DNA from: Sminthopsis crassicaudata
Taxonomy: Eukaryota
Direction of reading: 5' to 3'
NCBI RefSeq assembly: GCF_048593235.1
Contig: NC_133621.1
Coordinates: 49,405,148-49,469,147 of the forward strand
Length of the DNA stretch: 64,000 bases
The stretch's first letter is position 1, and each line of letters opens with the position of its first letter. Under the pieces are notes generated by a model. It worked only from the letters and a program-made list of their open reading frames with translations, made no database searches and had not been told where the DNA came from. Position numbers and translations under genes: made by a program. Below, one piece after another: positions 35,571 to 50,071 of this stretch.

Positions 35571-37538
35571 TGCGGAGGTACAGCCTGGCAACTGCTCCTG
35601 CAGGTACTACAGCCCTACCTACTAAAGACCCAAAAAGGAAAGTCTTGCCACCAAAGAACTCAGTAATGTCAAACAGTTCCACATCAGGAAACTGAGATAC
35701 TGTTATGATTTTGTTGTGGACGTTACATTAAAGAGCATACCACCTACATTGTGGCTGTATCTAAATATATGGAGTTTCTCTATCTGATTTGTAATTGAAA
35801 CCTGAAAGCTAAAAAGTACAGTGCCTCTTCCATGAAAATGTGAGCATCTTGAAAGCCTGGGCTGTCTTATTTTTCAGTTGGTATTTAAACTTGATTCCCC
35901 ATCATGACACCGCATCCTGGGCAAACCTTTCCAAAACATTACAGTGCTTCTCATATTTCTTTTCACTCATTCATTCATTTGTGTAGAGAGTGCTCAAGAA
36001 ATAATCCCATTTATTTTCCATTGAAACAAAGTTAAACAGAAATGATAGACAGTTTGGTCTGAAGCAATATACAGTATTTAATAACTAAGATACTGTAATA
36101 CACAAGATCTCTAAAGCTTAAGGCAACAAATTCAAATAAAGGGGGGAAATTTTCCAATTTTCCCTCGAGAAACCCAGCACAGACAATAATTAATAACCCT
36201 TTGGTTCTGGAGTGTTTGCCAATCTACCATATCTATTTTGTTGACAGTGAGTCTTTAGACCTGAAGATGGTGATCAAAATGTAAATGAATGGCAAAATAA
36301 TCCAGACAGGAAACTCTCACTAATTCTTCTTGAATACTTAGATTTATTTCTGCCTAAGGTCTTTAGATTCCAGTCTGCAATGATTTTACTGACCCATCGC
36401 ATGATCTTTCCTTTCTTAAGAGACTTAACACAATCAGGTTTTAGAGTCTTCATCTCTGCCAAAGATGGCACCAACCAAAGAATTGCTAGCCCAGTTCTCC
36501 ATATGTTGCGATTCTTTTCCTGGCCTACTTAACAATGGTTAGAATTCAAACAACAGTTTTTATTCAGTTCTATTCGAATTCTTTTTTTAGGGGTGGTGGT
36601 AAATATTTTTTTAATTAACAAAAATTATTTTTATCTCCCTTCTCCTTCTTTGAAAAAAACAACACACTATATAACAAAAATATACCTTGGATCCTGTTGC
36701 TAGGATGCTGAGATCTGATAAGTAAGTTTTCTCTTAACTTTGCTTAGAACAAGGCCTCTGTACTACTTCCTGTTCATCTCTTCACAATGTCCCTGGATTC
36801 CCTCACCCTTCTAGCTCTCTTTCATGTTTGTGTTCTCTCATGTGAACATAAGACAGTCTGGCTTCCTTGTCCCTGACCCAGAGTGCTTAGTACAAAGCCT
36901 CCCACACAGTAAATTCTTAATAAATGTTTTTTCTATCCATTTTTATATATTCACAGTAGGTTAAGTGTAGTGAGGGTTGTGAATATGAAAAAGAAAACAT
37001 AGCCTCTCCCCTTCAGGAATTTACCATCTAATAAAGGAGATAGCCCAGGGGCACAGATGAATATATAGTGAAATATAAAAAAGACCAGAGAAACATTAAG
37101 TCAAAATGCTCTAGGAGCACTTAGAGAGATTTTAGATTTAGAGAGAGACTGCTTTGGGCTTTTATGGAGGTGGGACAGAGAAAAGGGGATGGAGAAGGAG
37201 AAGATGGGATGGCATTTAGCTGGGTCTTGAAGGAACACCAGGTTTTTAATAGGCAACACAGAAGAGCACATTCTATTCCAGGCTTGGGAGAAAAGAGGTA
37301 ATGAGATGAGGGGAACAATTAGACATCCAGTTTGCTTGAATTGGAGCAGGTTGAATTGGACAGAAATAATATGAAGTTTAAAGACAGGTGGGAGCCAAAT
37401 GTCTCAGAACTCTATATGCCATGCTGATGAGTTTGAATTTCATGCTGTAAACCAGCAGCAGCCATTACTGGGCATCCCCATATAATCCAGAGCACAAGGA
37501 CATAGACATAGTCAGGCTTATTTTTTAGAATATCAGAA

Positions 37539-37891
37539 TGCTTCTCCCCATCCTGAGCTATCAGAATATCAGATATTCTCTTATCAAGATTCCTTCCCCT
37601 ATCTCTAGGGTGCCTCCTCCTTTCTCCGGGGGCTCACCCTACCCTGTCAGAGTCCCGTTCTGCTCTCTGTACCCGAACTCCACCCTTGCCTCAATCTGCC
37701 CCTTGAGTCTGAGCCATGTGTATATAGGTCATTGAGAATTCACATTGTTTGCTGGATTCTTAGAGATGCTAGTCTCATTCATCCCTGGGACCAAACCATG
37801 GTTCCATTTGGTCCCAGTAAATCTCTCCCTTTTAAATAAATTATTAAATATTATCTAATCTCTATCTTGCCTCAGTTTCTCCAGCATTACA
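37539..37891 (+). mobile_element. Solo LTR (ERV1-like)
   Basis: TG...CA ends, tatata box near 37720, AATAAA near 37835. The left boundary is uncertain. Confidence 0.6.
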
Positions 37892-38519
37892 TACTCAGAA
37901 TACTAAGAAATCCTGTTTACCTCATTGCCCAGGTCCTTACCTCTCACTTGCCTCTCAACTCTTTGTAATCTGGCATGGCTCATTAGTCAACTGATTCTGG
38001 AGTCCCTCAAGTTGCCAGTGATCTCTTTATTACCAAATCTGATAGTGTTTTCAAGCCTCATGTTCCTGACATCTTTTGCATTATTTGAAGGCTGAATATT
38101 CACCACTTTTAGATAATCTCTTTCTCTTCTGATGTTGTTGGTCCATTACCAAAATCATGCCCTTACCTGTAGGTGTGCCCCAAAGTTCTGCATCTGTAGC
38201 ATTCACTCTCTTGTGGACCTCATCTGTTCCAAAATGTCTAATCATCATCTCTACCTAAACATCACCCACAGATCCAATTTTCTTTTGGAGGCTCTAATCC
38301 TGCGGTTACCCACTGGACATTTTGCATTTGATGAATCTCAAACACATATCCAAAAAAGAACTCATTGTTTTTTCCCTAAAATCTACCAGGGTACCATTAT
38401 CCTTCCAGTCACCAAGTCTACAACATAGGCATTATCTTCAACTCTTAACATTCCCTCACTGTATGTATCCAATGAATTGATATATCTTTTTGTAATATTT
38501 TTCTCTATGTAATATTCTC

Positions 38520-38920
38520 TGTTGAAGTTTCCTTGGGGTCTCTGGAGGCAGCCTTAGTTTCAGTTCAGTAATCACAAGTGCATCCAGGAGTTAAAGCCCA
38601 AACCCTGTATTGTCTCCTTCAAAGTCTTGTCTCCTTCACTTGGGGCTCGGCTAGCTTTTCTGGAGGCCTTCTGGATCTTGGTTTCAGTGGAGAAGTGAAG
38701 GAGGAGAGCAAGCCACCACTTCTCTGGTCTTCCCTTGTTCTGATTCTGGCTGAACTTGTCCAAGCTTATATGATCTCTTATCAAATCTTGTAGAACTATA
38801 TTAAGTACTAAGTACATGTACTGAACTAGAGAACTGTTAAGCACCATGCTAAACTAGATAACTATTGTCTCTATCAATTCTACTGACTTAGCACCTTGTT
38901 TCAAGTTCTGGCCCATAACG
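38520..38920 (-). mobile_element. Solo LTR related to the ERV2-like provirus LTRs
   Basis: Shares ttagcaccttg...ttgtttcaagttctggcccataac and tactgaactagagaact...caccatgct with 16155-16637. No clear TSD. Confidence 0.85.
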
Positions 38921-39739
38921 TCTTTTGATTCCACAACACTTCTTGCATCTCTCCCCTTCTCTCTAGATACACTGTCATCAAGACCTCAAATCTTCTGACT
39001 TTTTTGCTTCTATCTTATGTCAAGGATTCTCCAGTTGAAGAAAATGCAGGAAAAAATTGTGTATTCTATTGAATGTTACCAAATTTTAAAACTCATAATG
39101 GCCTGAAGAAAAGCAAGTATAGTCATTCCCTCCCCCCACCATCTCTAAATCATTGTCTTCTTTCTCATCCAACCCCTAGGTTCTAGTACCTTTATTCTCT
39201 GATGATTGGAATTTCATTCCTTTGGATTGTATTGTCTTTCTGATTTGGGGCCAACCTTCCCTTCAGGCACTGCCCTGGCTGCTAGTCTCTTCAGTTCTAT
39301 ATAGCTACATGGTCCTGTTCCCAACCTCAATGTCCACTTCATACATTTTAACTGCCATGTCCTTTCATTCCCAAAGCTTTCCTCCCCAAACAGTGACTTC
39401 AAATGGATTGCCCTGAAATTTTCCTATCTTCCTTATAACTCATTCTATAGACTGGGACATACTGTCAAAAACTTGTCCCTATTCACTTACTTTGTGAGAA
39501 CGTGTGACAATCACACCACGAAACCAGAGAGAAACCTGTTCATCTTGGATCCTGACTCCAGCCTCACACAGTATAGATTAACTTCAAGAATCTGGAAAAC
39601 ACACAGAAGGAATATTTAAAGCCATGGGATTGAGTAGATGTGATCACCAAAGAAGAGATAATGGAGAGGGAAGAGAAAAATGGCCAAAGATGGAGCCTTG
39701 GAGGACTTGGAGGAGCCTTAAGGTTTTGGGACAAGGAGA

Positions 39740-39791
39740 TTAATGATGATTGTGATGATGGTTATAGTGGTGGTGGTAGGAGAAGTAGTAA

Positions 39792-39844
<53 letters not shown>

Positions 39845-40110
39845 ATGGTGGTAGCGGTAGTAATAGTAGTAATGATAATAGTGGTAGTGATGGTTGTGGT
39901 AGTAGTACTAGAGTAATATTAGCAGTACTACTAGTAATGGTGGTGATGGTGGTGGTAGTAATAGTGATGGTAATTGTGATAGTTGTCATTGTAGTAGTAG
40001 TAGTGGTAGTGATAGTTGTAGTAGTAGTAATAGTGGTGGTAGTGGTACTAATAATAGTAGTAGTAATGTTAATGTAATAGCAGCAACAGTAGCAATAGTA
40101 ATAGAAACTA
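39740..40110. repeat. (TAG)n/(GTG)n degenerate triplet microsatellite
   Basis: Direct inspection; it explains the 145-aa and 141-aa low-complexity ORFs. Confidence 0.95.
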
Positions 40111-40529
40111 CTACATATAAAGCATATAGAATTTTTAAGGATTACAAAAATTACAATATGACTATATTGAACAGTACCACAGACCAAATGCTAATTACTA
40201 ATTACTAATATACTATATAATGCTATAGTTCTATGTACTATAGTATCAAGCATTGTGCCATTGTATTATATCAAACATTATTGCCATATCATATAAACTG
40301 TAAGTTATGTACCATAGTATTTTATCAAACATTATTATTATATCATATAGTACTGTAAACTATACAGTTCAATATACTATATACTCTATATGGTATACAG
40401 TACATATTACTGTATACTATTACCATGTAATATGGAATATACAGAATTATTACATATTACTATATACTATATAAACTATATATACATATACATATATATA
40501 TATAACTATACAGTATTTCTATATATTGT

Positions 40530-40770
40530 AGTTATTCATCCTTATTTTTGAAGAAAACCAGTGTCAACATGGGATGATGTTTTAACTTGTGTGTGAATTG
40601 GATTTCTGTGAGGCAGAATTGCACAAAGCCATCAGCCTCACCCTCTCTTCCAGAGACACCGAAGTCCAAGGGCAAGACAAAAGTCAAGACAATAGATCAT
40701 AAAGACTGAATGCAGTGAATAACCTCAGCATCTTCAATATCTGACCAAGCTCCAAGAGCACCACTTATCA
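40530..40770. mobile_element. Marsupial RTE-related SINE relic (WALLSI-like)
   Basis: gtgaattggattt...gaggcaga.ttgcacaaag.catcagcctcac.ctctcttccagag pattern recalled from marsupial repeat consensus; family assignment is from memory. Confidence 0.5.
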
Positions 40771-42361
40771 TCCCAACTTCATCAGACACTTAGTAAGTTG
40801 TGTGTCCCTGGGCAAGTTATTTCATCCTGTTTGCCTCAGTTTATTTTTCTGTAAAATGAGCTGAAGGAAAAAATGATAAACTACTGCAGTATCTTTGCCA
40901 CAAGAACCCTAAATGGAATCACTAAGAGTTAAAAACAACTGAAGTTTTAAACAAATCACTAACTTCTCTGCAATTTTAAAAGGGAAGGAAGGAGAAGAAA
41001 ATTAGACTGGATGATCGATCTCTCAGGCTCAACCACTCTATGTATGATTTTGCTTAGAAGTGGCAACAGCAGAGCTCTGAAAGACTAGGCTGCAAGTTCT
41101 GCCTGTCTGTCACATACCAAGCAAATCCTTCAATGCCTCAATGCTCACCAGGAAACTTTCTAAGACTATTAGTTGAAAGGGAATTGCTGATTGGTACAAA
41201 GGATTTTTCCCTACAGTCTTCTATACCAATGAAATCATAGGTCTGAAACACAATTAAAAAGTTTTCACTTTAAATCTGGAGAGATTATGAACTGACCACT
41301 CAATTAGCACATATTTTATTAAGTATTTTTTTTCTATTCTGCACATTTTAGTAAATACTGGCTATACCAAGAAAAGGATCCCCTGACCTCAAATGACTTA
41401 TAGTCCAGTGGAGGAAACAACATATACACAAGTCAGTTCATATTAGACAAATAGCATGATTAAAGGTAGACTTTGAGAGAAAGATCACATGGAGAAGATA
41501 GCTTGAACTGAGTCCTAGGAGAAGCCACAGAATCTAAGAGTCAGTGATTAAGTGAAAGAGCATTTTAATCATAGAAATCAACTAGTTCAGAGCCTCAAGT
41601 TTAGAGATGAAACATGGAATAATGTGAAGAATCATAACACAATTTGTTTCAGTTAGGGACTAAGAGGTAAGGGGAGGAGAAAAAGCATTTTAACTGGTAA
41701 CGCAAAAGTGAGGAACATTGTCACTGGACCAAAAACTGAATCACTGCTTATTGGAAACATTTGGTCAGTCAAGGTATCAGTTAGGCATGTGGTCTTAAAT
41801 CTAAATGAATATATTGAATACCGATCATGGCTAATAGATGCCATCATCTGAGTATTAAGTTGGGAGAGGAGGTCTCTGCTTCTTCTTTTAATTTAACCAT
41901 TCCAGCCTCAGAAAAAGTAATTCAGAAACAATTTCTTAATTAAAGTCCTTTAATTAGACTCCAGGCTCTTCTTTGAAATTCTGTCTTAGAATTTTAGAAT
42001 CACTGTTTGGAGAGAGTTGGATTTGAATTCCATCTCTGATGCTACTAGTTCAGTGGTTAATAACCCTTTTTTGTGACATCCACCCCTGTGGCAAACTGTC
42101 AATGCCTATGGGCCCATTTTGGGGGCAATATCTTTAAATAGTCAAAGGAAATGCTAAATTTTGTTTAAAGATTAATGAAAATAAAGATGTAATCTGTTTC
42201 TTATCCAGGTTTCCTATCAGACCTCAGATTTAAAAACCCACATACTACAAATTACTTGAGCAGTATGAGTCAGTTTACTACTCTGTAAAATGGCACTTAT
42301 AAGATGATGGTATCAAGATTTAGAAGGAACTTAGAATCTATCTCATCTAACTGACCCTAAT

Positions 42362-43385
42362 TTATAAGAAATCAAAGCATTCCCCAATTGATAAATGGTC
42401 AAAGGATATGAACAGACAATTTTCAGATGATGAAATTGAAACTATATCCATTCATATGAAAGAGTCAAATCACTATTGATCAGAGAAATGCAAATTAAGA
42501 CAACTCTGAGATACCACTACACACCTGTCAGATTGGCTAAGATGACAGGAACAAATAATGATGAATGTTGGAGGGGATGTGGGAAAACTGGGACACTGAT
42601 GCATTGTTGGTGGCGTTGTGAAAGAATCCAGCCATTCTGGAGAGCAATTTGGAACTATGCCCAAAAAGTTATCAAATTGTGCATACCCTTTAACCCAGCA
42701 GTACTATCATTGGGCTTATATCCCAAATAAATACTAAAGAAGGGAAAGGATGTGCCAAAATGTTTGTGGCAGCTCTTTTTATAGTGGCTAGAAACTGGAA
42801 GATGAATGGATGCCCATCAATTGGAGAATGGCTGGGTAAATTATGGTATATGAAGGTTATGGAATATTATTGCTCTGTAAGAAATGACGAGCAGGATGGA
42901 TTCAGAAAGGTTTGGAGAGACTTACAGGAACTGTTTCTGAGTGAAATGAGCAGAACCAGAAGATCGCTATACACTTCAATGCTATATGAAGATGTATTCT
43001 GATGGAAGTGGATATTTTCAACATAAAGAAGATCCAACTCACTTCCAGTTGATCAATGATGGACAGAAACAAGAGAAGGGGGAATTGAATGTAAACTGTT
43101 AGCACTACTGTCTATCTACCCAGGTTACTTATACCTTTGGAATCCAATACTTAAAGTGCAACAAGAAAATTGGATTTACACACATATATTGTATCTAGGT
43201 TATACTGTAACACATGCAAAATGTATGGGATTGCCTGTCATCTAGGGGAGGGAGTACAGGAAGGGAGGGGAAAATTTGGAAAAATGAATACAAGGGATAA
43301 TGTTATTAAAAAAAAATTACTCATGCATATATACTGTCAAAAAAATATATAATTATAAAATTAATAAAATTAAAAAATAAAACAC
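42362..43385 (+). mobile_element. 5'-truncated L1 inserted in a MIR-like relic
   Basis: [20 protein letters not shown] and VARNWKMNGCPSIGEW peptides, 3'UTR and A-rich tail. Confidence 0.95.
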
Positions 43386-45768
43386 AAGTAAAATCCCCCC
43401 CCCCAAAAAAGAATCCATCTCATCCAATTCCCTCATTTTAGAGATGAGAAAACTGGGGCCCAGGGTTAAATGACTTGGTCGGAGTAACATAGGGAAATAG
43501 ATATAATAAGAAACAGAATTTGAAGCCAGTTCCTCTGACTCCAGAGTCAATACTTTGTAAATATGAAATTCTTTGAAAAATTTAAAGGGCTATATGACTA
43601 TGAACTACTATTATGGATCCAAAATCCATAATAAAAATAAATATTTTTAATGCCTAAGATCCTAACTTTCATAAGGGCTGAATACTAACATCTCATTATA
43701 TGGATTGCTTAGCTTCATGGCTCCATTACCAGGCTTCCTCCTTCAAGAAACTTGTTCTAAGCCCACAGTTATTGAGGAAATATCTCCTATGCATCTAATT
43801 ATTAGTGTTCTGTCTTTCCTTAAACTACCTTCAATTTATAGCTCTGTTTATTTCAGTTGCAATAGAATGCAACTCCTATTCTCTTTATATTCCCAGCATA
43901 TAGGAGAGAACTGAGTAAAGGACAATGTTAGGTGCTACTGTAGTGGATAGGTGGCTGGTTCTAGAATCAGCTCATGTTCCCAAATTCAAATCTGTCCTCA
44001 GACACTCACAAGTTAGTTGTGCGATCTAGGCAAGTCACTTAGCCCTATTTGCCTATTTCCTCAGCTGTAAACAACAAAACATGTTTGTCTAATTGGCCTA
44101 AATAAAGAAGAATAAATAATAATTAATAGCTCAAAGAGGAAAGAGTAATAGTTGGGTGGGGGGAGGTTGAAAGAATAGGTACAAGGAATGGATCCATCCA
44201 GGATGTGATCAATGGTTAAGAGACTTCTGAAGAACCAAAGGTATTTTTCTTATATTTTTGCAGCAGCAGTAGCATAGAAAATACAGGATATAGACCAAAT
44301 AAATGGAGCTGAAGTTCATAACCACATAATGCTGTGTCAAGCATTTAATTCAATCCACAGCTGAAACTGACTCCCTCTCTTTCTGAACAGACAAACGGGT
44401 AGAGTAGATGGTATTTTTAAAAAACAGGAAAACAGAAAACTGTCAAATCATTTCCTGACTCCAGTATTGTTAGCTGTTACTAAATTAACAGAACATTTCC
44501 TACATGAGCAAATTATCAAATCTTTAAATACAATTATAGTACCTTTTAAAAAATATCAGTTTTAATTATATTTTCTTTTGACAAAGTAATTATGCTTCAA
44601 GAAATGATGATCAGAACAATTTTCCCCTGCCAAGTCTAAGAACAGAAGGTGAAAAGAGGTGCATTTAGATTATCTTGTAAAGGGCTAGTTAAACTTTCTC
44701 TAACCCCCTTTCCTAGCTTAATAAAAGAAAAGTTTAAAAATACATCAGCAAAACACAAATTTTAATCTTCTTTCCAGTCATTGTAATTTAATGTTCTTTA
44801 ATACAATGGCCGTCATATCCTGGGATTTGCTTACCTCCTGGCCCACAATCATTTATTTCCTATTTAAAAATCACAGGTCTAGGTAAGGAGGGTTTGGGTT
44901 ATTAGGTGAGAATAAATGAAATGACTCCCAAAGGCTTCTTATTTTCAAGAGGAAACCACTGTGAGGAAATGTGCTATGTGAAAAGGACAGAAAAATTTAA
45001 GATTCAAGAAGGATGAGTAAAGAAGACAGGAGTTTAGGCTCCCAATAGACTAGAAACATTAACTATTCAGGGAAATCTGCCTGGAAGACTTTATTCAAAG
45101 GAGATACCCCTCAGCAATGAAATCATTAGGTATAGTTTGGCACACCCCCCCCCAAAAAATAAAAACAAACACATACAGTTCCTGAAGTATTCAGGTGCCA
45201 GAATGAGTAACTTAGAAGGACATCAAGTCCCTGAAGCATCAGTTGTATGACTAATCTATTCACAAATTCTTCATACATATAGGGCTCCCATACACAATTT
45301 TTTTTACTTTTTTCTTCTTTCCATTGATGGCACTTTTGTTTGCAGGAAAATTTGGAGGGGCATGGAAGAGCATCCTGAACTTGGGATACCTACCCCTCAC
45401 CCAACCCAGTAAAAAATCCAACCGGTGAATATAAACTAAAGAAGGGGTAGGGCCAAAAGGATACTACAATGTAGCTAGAATTTGTAAGGGCTTTAGCTAC
45501 TCTATTCCTTCAAAGACCAATTGGTCCTCTTTATCCCCAACTTTTCCTACTTTGTAACTTAATTTAAAACTTTTTAACTTAAGAACTTTTAAAAATATTT
45601 AACAATTAGCTTCATTGTAACTATCTTAAACCTGAATCTAATCCCATCAGACTCTATTAGACTTTTATATCGTTTAAAGAGTCTTTCCCAGCAGTTTTCT
45701 TGCCATATATCACTTTTTAGTAATTTTTAAAATTTAATTTAAAATTTTTAATAAGAGAAATATCAAGG

Positions 45769-45925
45769 GGCAACTAGGTGGCACAATGGATAGAGAACCA
45801 GCCCTGAAGTCAGAAAGACATGAGTTCAAATCTGACCCCAGACACAACACGTCCTAGCTGTGTGACCCTGGGCAAGTCACTTAATTCCAATTGCCTCAGC
45901 ACAAACGAAACAAACAAACAAAAAG
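45769..45925 (+). mobile_element. Marsupial tRNA/CORE SINE (WSINE1/SINE-1 type)
   Basis: ggggcaactaggtggcacaatggatagag...gagttcaaatc (Pol III A/B boxes) with an A-rich tail. Confidence 0.9.
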
Positions 45926-46489
45926 AATAAATATCAAATGAGAAAACCCAAGAGTATAGATTTTAGAATCATAAATTCAGAGCTAGAAAGAATCTCAGAG
46001 GTCATTGAGTTCAATCTTTCCATTTTATAGAGAAACAGAGAACCAGAGAGATTAAGTTACTTTCCTGTAGCCATATACATTATAACTGTCAGATCTAAGG
46101 ATGGGGATTCAGATCTCTGGCTCCAGATATCTACCTCTTGGATTCTCTCAAGATTTAATTCAAAGCCCACTATTTTTCAAAAAGCTTATCTCAGTTTCCC
46201 ATTTACTAATGCCTTCTCTTCAGTTCATTTTCTATCTACTTTGTATGTATTTATATATACCTAGCCATTTATATGTTTTGTTTCCCATTGAATGTAAACT
46301 CCTTGTATGGAATGGAGAGATAAGGTGAAGAGCTTCCAAGAATGTTTAAATTTCTTTTCTGTATTTTATTATTCATTATTTCTATGTCTCTGTGACCTGC
46401 ATTAAGTATGTTGTGTGTTAGCCAATATTTACTTAACCTGAAATGATGACATTTATCGCTATTCAATGTTATCAATATTTAAACTATCA

Positions 46490-46790
46490 GTTGAATGCTG
46501 TTAGCTTAGTAATCTAAATTTTGAAGGTCTGTTGGCACCCATGTCTAACATTCAATTAAGGGGAGAAGGCACTTATTTTCTTAATGGTCCCCAACCTATG
46601 ATGTAATCCTTTGTAACCAAGCCTATAAAAATTGTCTATCTTTCCTAATTCTTTAGCCCTTCTACCATGAGCTTTCTCTTTCCCTCCTCATGGTAGAATT
46701 GCTCATTCTCATGAGAATCTATTAATAAACAACTACTTTTCTGCTTTTTATTTCGAGAAGTCTCTGAGTAGTCATTTTTGGATAGGACAC
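46490..46790 (+). mobile_element. Probable solo LTR
   Basis: cctataaaa TATA, an R-region hairpin ctaccatgag...ctcatggtag, and AATAAA. Ends are approximate. Confidence 0.5.
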
Positions 46791-46929
46791 ATCCTTGAGG
46801 GCAGGAATTACTTTTGTTCTTGTTTTTATTTGACTATAAATCAGATGCCTTTAAATGTTTCAAAGTTACTCCTAATGAACTGGAGGCCCTTAAATATTCT
46901 ATGGTGACTTCTTTCCCTCTCTCTCTTTT

Positions 46930-47090
46930 TGTTTTGTTTTTGCTGAGGCAATTGGGGTTAAATGACTTGCCCAGGATCACACAGCTAGGAAGTGTTAATT
47001 AAGTGTCTGAGGCCTAATTTGAACTCAGGTCCTCCTGACTTCAGGGCTGGTGCTTTATCCACTGTGTTGCTCTATCCACCTAGCTGCCCC
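46930..47090 (-). mobile_element. Marsupial CORE SINE
   Basis: Reverse complement of the 45769 and 61308 elements, ending ...ctagctgcccc. Confidence 0.9.
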
Positions 47091-47969
47091 TATGATAATT
47101 CTCAATGAAATTGAAACTCTTTTGTTTACCCTCTGTAATAACTTTACAATCACCTTGACAAATATTTATTAAGCCTCTCCTTGCTATACATCCTGGATTG
47201 TGCTAAATTGTGGGATTAGAGGTTTGGGAAAGAAGATAATTAATTAAAAGACAGTCTCTAATGTCACAGAGTTTACAATGTAGTTGTCATTCATAATTCA
47301 GTGTGGGAAAATAATACCTGAGTATCAAGGGTCTAAATTCTTGTTTGTTTTCTGACCTAGTCAGTGGTCTTGGGGAGATTATGTGACTAATGAGCTCCTC
47401 ACCCTGAGACAATTCCATGAAGCAGCTAGGGGATCCTCCAGTAACAGCTATGTAAGTCCACTTCTGGGCCCAAAGACAAATCTCTTCCAGCTGGATAGAA
47501 CCTGTGACATACTCCACTGGCATAATTTTTAAAAGTGGGTCCCCTCCAAACCATAAGGAAGCATCAGAGGGGACTTTAACAATAAAAATACAGAATTACA
47601 GAATTTCTAAATGGCAAAGGGTCTCATTGACCATCTAGTCCAAAACATTGAAAAAAGAATCCCTCCAACAACATTGCCAACCAGCAATGATCTAGCCATG
47701 GAATTCCATTTGTGTCTCTTTTCTCTCTTAACTATTAAGGCCAATCAGTTAAATCCCATTGATCCTATTTCTTTAATAATCTCTTACAATGATACCATCA
47801 TCTCTATTTCCACTGAAACCATACTGGCACAGACTCTAAGACAAGTGTCATAACTATTAAAATAGAGGTCATTGCCTCCCTAACTTCAAATTGGATTGTC
47901 CTTAAATCACTTTAGAGAAAGAAAATCTATCCTTTTTCTTAAAGTGAAATGGCTTAAAATATTTTACTC

Positions 47970-48610
47970 TGAAAAGGGACCCACATGTGCAAAAATGTTT
48001 GTAGCAGCAAGAAACTCCTGGAAACGGAGTGGATGCCCATCAATTGTAGAATGGCTGAGTAAGTTATGATATATGAATGTTATGGAATATTATTATTCTG
48101 TAAGAAATGACCAACAGGATGATTTCAGAAAGGCCTGGAGAAACATCAACTGATGCTGAGTGAAATGAGTAGTATCAAGAGATCATTGTATATGGCAACA
48201 ACAAGAATTTACAATCAATTCTGATAGAAGTGGCTCTTTTCAACAATGAGGTGATTGATGCCAGTTCCAATGGTCTTGTGATAGAGAGAGCCATCTACAC
48301 CCAAAGAGGGGACTGGGGACTGATTGTGGATCATAACACAGTATTCTTACTCTTTTTGTTGTTGTTTGCTTGTATTTTGCTTTCTTTCTCATTTTTTCCC
48401 TTTTGATCTGATTTTTCTTAAGCAGCATGATAACTGTGGAAATATATATAGAAGAACTGCACAGGTTTAACATATATTGGATTACTTGCTATCTAGGGGA
48501 GGGAAAGGGAGGGAAAAAACTTGGAACACAAACTTTTGCAAAAGTGAATGTTTAAAATTATCCCTACATATGTTTTGAAAATAAAAATCTTTAATAAAAA
48601 AAGAAAATGA
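47970..48610 (+). mobile_element. Older L1 3' fragment
   Basis: ggatgcccatcaattgtagaatggctgag... ORF2 end, different 3'UTR subfamily, A-rich tail. Confidence 0.85.
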
Positions 48611-48899
48611 AAAAGTATCTTCCCCCATTTGTCCAATGACTCAAATGTGTTTCTTTATCATGATGCCTATTGCATAGAACAAGTTGCTGCTAAGTAAGGA
48701 CTTTAGAATTTTGCAACAAAATTGTCTTTCTGTTTATCTGAACTTTGGGTGTTATTTGTATTCATGACAGAATAAGAGAAAGGCCTATTATTCATTTTGT
48801 AAAAGTTTAAGGAAGGAGAACCCACTTTCAAGCCTATTTGTATTCAGACTTTCAAACCAATCATGGTCTTAAAACTCTTCTTGCTTTATAGAATTTTTT

Positions 48900-49026
48900 T
48901 TTTGAGGCTGGGGTTAAGTGACTTGCCCAGGGTCACACAGCTAAGAAGTGTCTGAGACCAGATTTGAACTCCAGTCCTCCTGAATTCAAGGCTGGTGCTC
49001 TATCCACTGCACCACCTAGCTGCCCC
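48900..49026 (-). mobile_element. Marsupial CORE SINE with TSD
   Basis: Full-length, flanked by tagaatttttt on both sides. Confidence 0.92.
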
Positions 49027-49729
49027 TAGAATTTTTTTATTATGTTCTTTGCATAGGTCATTTTATCTAACAGTTAAGTGACTGAGGCATATGGATTTTA
49101 TCTTGGGTATGAAGGTTTGGAGAATTTCATTTTGGGCATCATAATTCACATTGTGAATATGAGGGCATTTTTTCCCATCTATTTTATACAAAGTAACATA
49201 TGGCTTTTGCACTTATATCCCCAGTACCTAGCACAGTTCTTGACACATTATAGGTCCTTAATAAATTCTTGTTGATTGACTCAAAGATTCATAGAATAAG
49301 AACAAATGGAACTGTATAGTTCAACTCTTATGTTTATTCAGTTATTTTCAGTCATGTCTGACTCCCCATGACCCTATTTAGGTTTTTTTCTGGCAAAAAT
49401 ACTGCAGAGATTTGTCATTTCCTTCTCTAGATCATTTTACAGATGAGGAAACTGAGGCAAACAAAAAATGAGGGTGAATGAGTTGTGCCCAGAGTCACCC
49501 AGCTAGGAAGTTATCAGACACAGGATTTCAACTGAGGAAGAGAAGTCTTCTTGACTCCAATCTCAGCATTATGTGCTCTATGGAGCCATCTAGATGCTCT
49601 TCATTTTACAAATGGGGAAATTGAGCCCCAGAGGACTGAATTGACTTGCCCAAAGTCATACAAGGTAGTATCAGATGGAATTTGAACCCATGTCCGTTGC
49701 CTCCAATTTAGTGAACTTGTGTCATATAT

Positions 49730-50071
49730 TATAAGGGGCTGAAACTCTTGAGTCAAAGCACTGAGGTGGGACAATCAAGTGCTCAAGGCCAATTACTGAT
49801 TGGACAATACAAGAATATGCTTGGAAAATGGCCCTTCCCACTATCCTGTGCTGGCCATCATTTGGTATATACAGAGAATTGTGGGAGGGATTAGGAGGTG
49901 AAGGGAGACTAGCCAGGGGCACTTCTGTGAAAGGGATGAGGTGATGAGGTCACAGAGATCCTATGTGTCCACTCTCTTCACTTCTACCACTAAAGACCTA
50001 GAATAAAGATTTTTGCTTATCCTGACTCCGGCTGATTCTAAGGTATCCAGGGTGTTAGCATGGTCGCCACA
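49730..50071 (+). mobile_element. Solo LTR
   Basis: t(a)taaggggc...gccaca, AATAAA near 50003, flanked by atatat on both sides. Its 3' part matches the LTR at 63701. Confidence 0.8.

Noticed and set aside
39640-40187. 145-aa and 141-aa poly-Ser/Val/Thr/Leu ORFs
   Set aside because: They are triplet microsatellite translations.
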